NCBI GenBank assembly: GCA_965219605.1
Contig: CBDCOC010000001.1
Coordinates: 1,844,229-1,876,228 of the forward strand
Direction: 5' to 3'
DNA length: 32,000 nt
Origin: Bryobacterales bacterium
Lineage (GTDB): Bacteria > Acidobacteriota > Terriglobia > Bryobacterales > UBA6623
Below the pieces are notes generated by a model that did no database searches, was not told where the DNA came from, and was given only the letters and a program-made list of their open reading frames with translations. How positions within the stretch are numbered: the first letter of the stretch is position 1; the number at the start of each line of letters is the position of its first letter. The position numbers and the translations under genes are program-made. Positions 28,808 through 32,000 of this stretch are shown in pieces.

Positions 28808-30780
28808 GCTAGCCTGAAGTTCCAAGCCAAGCACCAAGAGAAGTCCTTATAATACATCAATTTAGCTGGGTTCGGAGGTGTTGCTTACTGGGAACAAATG
28901 GAGGTGCGGACGAGTTCCAGCGCCCGCTGCTGCAAGGCGCTCGGCTCGGTCAGCCGCTCGATGGTGGGTCCGTGCTCATCGCCGTGCAGGCGGCATTGGT
29001 GCCGACAGCGCGTGCCCAGCATCTCCAGTAACGTGGCCAAGCTGTGCAGGGGCAAGCCGGCCGCCGTACAACCGCCGTTCTTCTTCGCTTGCAAGGCTGC
29101 CCGCGGCTGGGCTGGGGCCACCGGATCGCGCACGGCCTGCTGCGCGGCCAACTCCTCATCGGCAAACAGCAGCTCGGCCAAGGCTTGGCGCAGGTGCCAT
29201 TCCACGTAATAGGCCAACACGCACAGCAGCAGGTGCGCGCGCACGCGCTGCTCGCGCCGGTGGTAGATCGGGCGCACCCGCAAGTCCACGCTCTTCAGGC
29301 AGCGAAAGGCGTTCTCGACCCGCATCAACTGCTTGTAGGAACGCACCACATCGGCGGCCGCTAGGTCGCTCTGGCTGGTGCGGATCACGTACACTCCGTC
29401 CAAGGCCGCCTCGCGCTCGATCGAGCGCTCGTCCCGCTCGTACTGCAAGCAGCCGTCGGCGATCTCAACCTGCACGTGCTTGCCAACCTTGGAGCGCTGC
29501 TTGGCCCGCCCCACTTTCTCGGCGATGGCAGTCGCCGACAGCGGTTTCTTGGTGCGCCGTTCCACAGCGCGCTGGATGCGCGCCAAGTCCTCTTCGAGAT
29601 CGGCCAGCAGCTCCTCGCGCTTGCGCCGGCGGCGCTCGGCCAAGGCCGGGTTGCAGCACACGATCAGGCGTTCGTCGGGGTACTGCGGGGAACTCACCTC
29701 CGCCAAGTTGCGCTCGTCGAATAGCGACATCTGCACGGTCTTCTCCTCCGCCAGGCGGCAGATCGCGCTGTGGCGCAAGGCCGAGATCCAGCCCAGCCCG
29801 GGGTCCTTGCGCAGCGTCTCGATCTGCGTCTGGGTGAGCATGCCGCGGTCGCCCACCAGCACCACGCGCTGCAGGCCGAATTGTGTGCGCAGAGTCTGCA
29901 CTTGATCCGGCACGGTGAGCGGATCGGCGGTGTGGCCGGGATAGGCCTGCACGGCCAGCGGTCGGCCTTCACGGTCAGTCAGCAGGCCGTAGACCACGAT
30001 CGTGCGCCCGCGCTTGCCGTCGCGGCTGTAGCCGTAGCGCATGAGCGGGCAGCTGTGGCCTTCGTAGTAGCTGCTCGAGACGTCGTAGAGCACTTGGGCG
30101 CCCTCTTGCAGGTGGCGCTGGGCCAGGCGCTTCTCAATGCGCTGCTGGCGCAGCAGCAGCCAGTCCAGGGCCTGGTAGAGGGAGTCTGCGGTGGTGTCTT
30201 GCAGGTCGAGTTCGGCGGCCAGCGTCGTGCTGTGCCAGAGGCGCGTGGTGGCGAGTTTGGAGGCGGGCTGCAGCAGGCGCTGGGCGATCATGGCCAGCAC
30301 GGTCGAGCGCTGGGGGGAGGGGCTGCGGTCGAGCAGTTGGGGCAGGCGCAGGCGGCGGAAGGCCTCCAGCAGCAGTTCGACATGGCCGTGGGGGCGGGAA
30401 CTGACGATGGAGAAGGCTTGTTCGGGACTGACGAGGGGCTGGTTCTTGAGCAGTTTGCGCAGAGCGGCAACCTTGGCGGGGGGCCAGGCGGAGAGGTTGG
30501 CGAGGGTGCGCTTACGGACCTTGGCGCCTTCGCGCCAGCCTTCGCGGAGGAGGATGGCGGGGGGCGAGTTGCGGTTGGGGACGGTTTCTACGTACATGGG
30601 AACATGATAGCAGAAGAAAGATTGCAAGTCAATGCCAAATAATACAAAAAAAGAATCAATATTGAAATTACATGGGAACAAAATACAGAGCCGGAAGGCG
30701 AGCTAATGCGGTTAAGCACTCTATTTTCAATGAGTTAGGCCCGGCTGAGCAGGGGAAACGGCTCGGAACTTCAGGCTAGC
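28808..30780 (-). mobile_element. IS1634-family insertion sequence, apparently intact (1973 bp)
   Basis: Perfect 16-bp inverted repeats GCTAGCCTGAAGTTCC (28808-28823) and GGAACTTCAGGCTAGC (30765-30780) bracket a single full-length transposase gene. The 5' leader inside the element is AT-rich. Confidence 0.8.
28885..30597 (-). CDS. IS1634-family (IS4 superfamily) DDE transposase
   Basis: MYVETVPNRNSPPAILLREGWREGAKVRKRTLANLS start, then VLYDVSSSYYEG, VVLVGDRGM and YKQLMRVENAFRCLKS blocks typical of IS1634 transposases. 570 aa from the ATG at 30597. Confidence 0.9.
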   Translation of the reverse strand: MYVETVPNRNSPPAILLREGWREGAKVRKRTLANLSAWPPAKVAALRKLLKNQPLVSPEQAFSIVSSRPHGHVELLLEAFRRLRLPQLLDRSPSPQRSTVLAMIAQRLLQPASKLATTRLWHSTTLAAELDLQDTTADSLYQALDWLLLRQQRIEKRLAQRHLQEGAQVLYDVSSSYYEGHSCPLMRYGYSRDGKRGRTIVVYGLLTDREGRPLAVQAYPGHTADPLTVPDQVQTLRTQFGLQRVVLVGDRGMLTQTQIETLRKDPGLGWISALRHSAICRLAEEKTVQMSLFDERNLAEVSSPQYPDERLIVCCNPALAERRRRKREELLADLEEDLARIQRAVERRTKKPLSATAIAEKVGRAKQRSKVGKHVQVEIADGCLQYERDERSIEREAALDGVYVIRTSQSDLAAADVVRSYKQLMRVENAFRCLKSVDLRVRPIYHRREQRVRAHLLLCVLAYYVEWHLRQALAELLFADEELAAQQAVRDPVAPAQPRAALQAKKNGGCTAAGLPLHSLATLLEMLGTRCRHQCRLHGDEHGPTIERLTEPSALQQRALELVRTSICSQ

Positions 30781-31198
30781 AGGCATACGCGATGACGATA
30801 CCGGTGCCAAAGGCTCCGCAAGCAACAGATCCCGCCAGATCTCCTCCCAGCCTCCGAGCAACTCCAGCCGATCCAGCGCGTCCACCAGAGTGGCTCTTGG
30901 TCGGTCACCTTCCGCCATGCCAATTCGGGGCGTTACGCCCCTCGCTGGCACACCATGTGAATTGGAAACGTCAAGCAGGTATTATGCGTAGTCAGACTGA
31001 CGAATACTGCTACAATCCCGTCATGGCAAAGGTGCCCGCAACTTGCAAGCAACGGTGCTAAAGGCGTAGAGATCTATCGCAGGCAGTCGACGTTCAGGCA
31101 CAAGAGTCGGCACTTCCGCCTGACCGGTGTCATGGCGCGGCGGCAGGCACGTGACCGGCATAGACCGCACGCCACACCTCGATTCGGGAGATCCAGCA

Positions 31199-32000
31199 AT
31201 GCAACACAGACTCACACGGCGAGCCTTCATGGCAGCCTCCATGGCCAGCGCGATCCACGGATGCAGCAACAGACCGGAGCGGCCGCCCGAGGCTGCCGAC
31301 CAGTTCGAACCTAACTGGGAATCCATTCAAACCCACCAAGTGCCGCAGTGGTACGACGACGCCAAGCTCGGCATCTTCGTGCATTGGGGCCTGTATTCGG
31401 TGCCGGCTTGGGCCACGCCGATCGGCGAGCTAGGCAAGTTCGACGAGGACCAGTGGTTTGCCAACAACCCCTACTCGGAGTGGTACCTCAACTCGCTCAG
31501 GATAGACGGCTCGCCCACGCAGGCGCATCACCGCAAGACATATGGCGACAATTTCGACTACATGGACTTCGCGCCACAGTTCAACGCGGCGCTGAACGGC
31601 TGGGATCCCGACGCCATGGCTGGCCTCTTCAAGGACGCCGGGGCCCGCTATGTGGTGCTAACAACCAAGCATCACGATGGCTTCACGCTCTGGCCCAGCG
31701 CGGTCGAGAACCCGAACCTTGCCCAAGGGCAGCGGTCTGCCGAGCGCGACGTGGTGGGCGAACTCACCACTGCGGTCAAGGCCGCGCAAATGCGCATGGG
31801 CCTGTACTATTCAGGCGGCTTGGATTGGAGCTTTAACCCGGAGCCGATCGACTCGTTCGAGAAGGTCTACAGCACGATCATCCACACGCAGCAGTTCGCC
31901 GACTATGCCGATGCCCACTGGCGCGAACTGATCGAAAAGTACGATCCGGCCATCCTGTGGAACGATATCGGATACCCGGAGCAGGCGGACATAGCCCAGA
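31199..32000 (+). CDS. Alpha-L-fucosidase (GH29), 3' end outside window
   Basis: This frame is not in the ORF track because it has no stop inside the window. MQHRLTRRAFMAASMASAIHG is a Tat-like leader. It is followed by WYDDAKLGIFVHWGLYSVPAW and ARYVVLTTKHHDGFTLWPS, the GH29 hallmark blocks. Confidence 0.85.
   Translation, partial: MQHRLTRRAFMAASMASAIHGCSNRPERPPEAADQFEPNWESIQTHQVPQWYDDAKLGIFVHWGLYSVPAWATPIGELGKFDEDQWFANNPYSEWYLNSLRIDGSPTQAHHRKTYGDNFDYMDFAPQFNAALNGWDPDAMAGLFKDAGARYVVLTTKHHDGFTLWPSAVENPNLAQGQRSAERDVVGELTTAVKAAQMRMGLYYSGGLDWSFNPEPIDSFEKVYSTIIHTQQFADYADAHWRELIEKYDPAILWNDIGYPEQADIAQ

Noticed and set aside
30781-30951. Small minus-strand ORF (MAEGDRPRATLVDALDRLELLGGWEEIWRDLLLAEPLAPVSS...) apparently interrupted by IS1634, which would end 6 codons after the element if the flanks are joined.
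   Set aside because: There is no target duplication to justify the join and no recognisable family, and the reconstructed product would be only about 50 aa. This is too speculative to annotate.
21076-31190. Direct repeat of the tRNA-Cys 3' end (attR) marking the far island boundary.
   Set aside because: By eye I could not find a second copy of TTCGATTCCCACCCGCGCC or a substantial part of it. A computational search is needed before anything is claimed.

Overview
High-GC bacterial chromosomal window; lineage cannot be assigned from sequence alone. From 1 to 20.5 kb the genes are mostly core: DUF1501 protein, surE, argD-like aminotransferase, an enolase-superfamily enzyme, rnhA, a CDP-alcohol phosphatidyltransferase, secA, DinB-like, NIPSNAP, an MDR oxidoreductase, an rbfA/apbE fused ORF and a radical SAM enzyme. 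A decayed IS4-type transposase gene sits at 3.1-4.4 kb. tRNA-Gly(GCC) and tRNA-Cys(GCA) lie at 20.9-21.1 kb. They are followed by about 10 kb of mosaic, decaying accessory DNA. It holds a disrupted ABC/AAA_21-type ATPase with a Toprim-like remnant (OLD/PARIS/AbiL-like defence architecture), an IS200 tnpA relic and an intact hipBA module with a palindromic operator. It also holds a dead relBE/parDE-like module, an IS1595 relic, a TPR protein, a flavodoxin-like protein and an intact IS1634-family element. A GH29 fucosidase gene runs off the 3' edge. The most striking signal is a 238-bp non-coding element with terminal inverted repeats and 6-bp target duplications. It occurs twice, 100% identical by eye and in opposite orientation. 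One copy splits an aminopeptidase P gene (6198-6435) and the other splits the defence-like ATPase gene (22607-22844). In both cases, removing the element plus one duplication restores the reading frame exactly. Other points worth a second look: a G14 homopolymer upstream of an AAA-ATPase/PD-(D/E)XK gene, an in-frame rbfA-apbE fusion with an internal lipobox, and a small membrane ORF plus hairpin in the secA leader. No CRISPR array or rRNA gene was seen.
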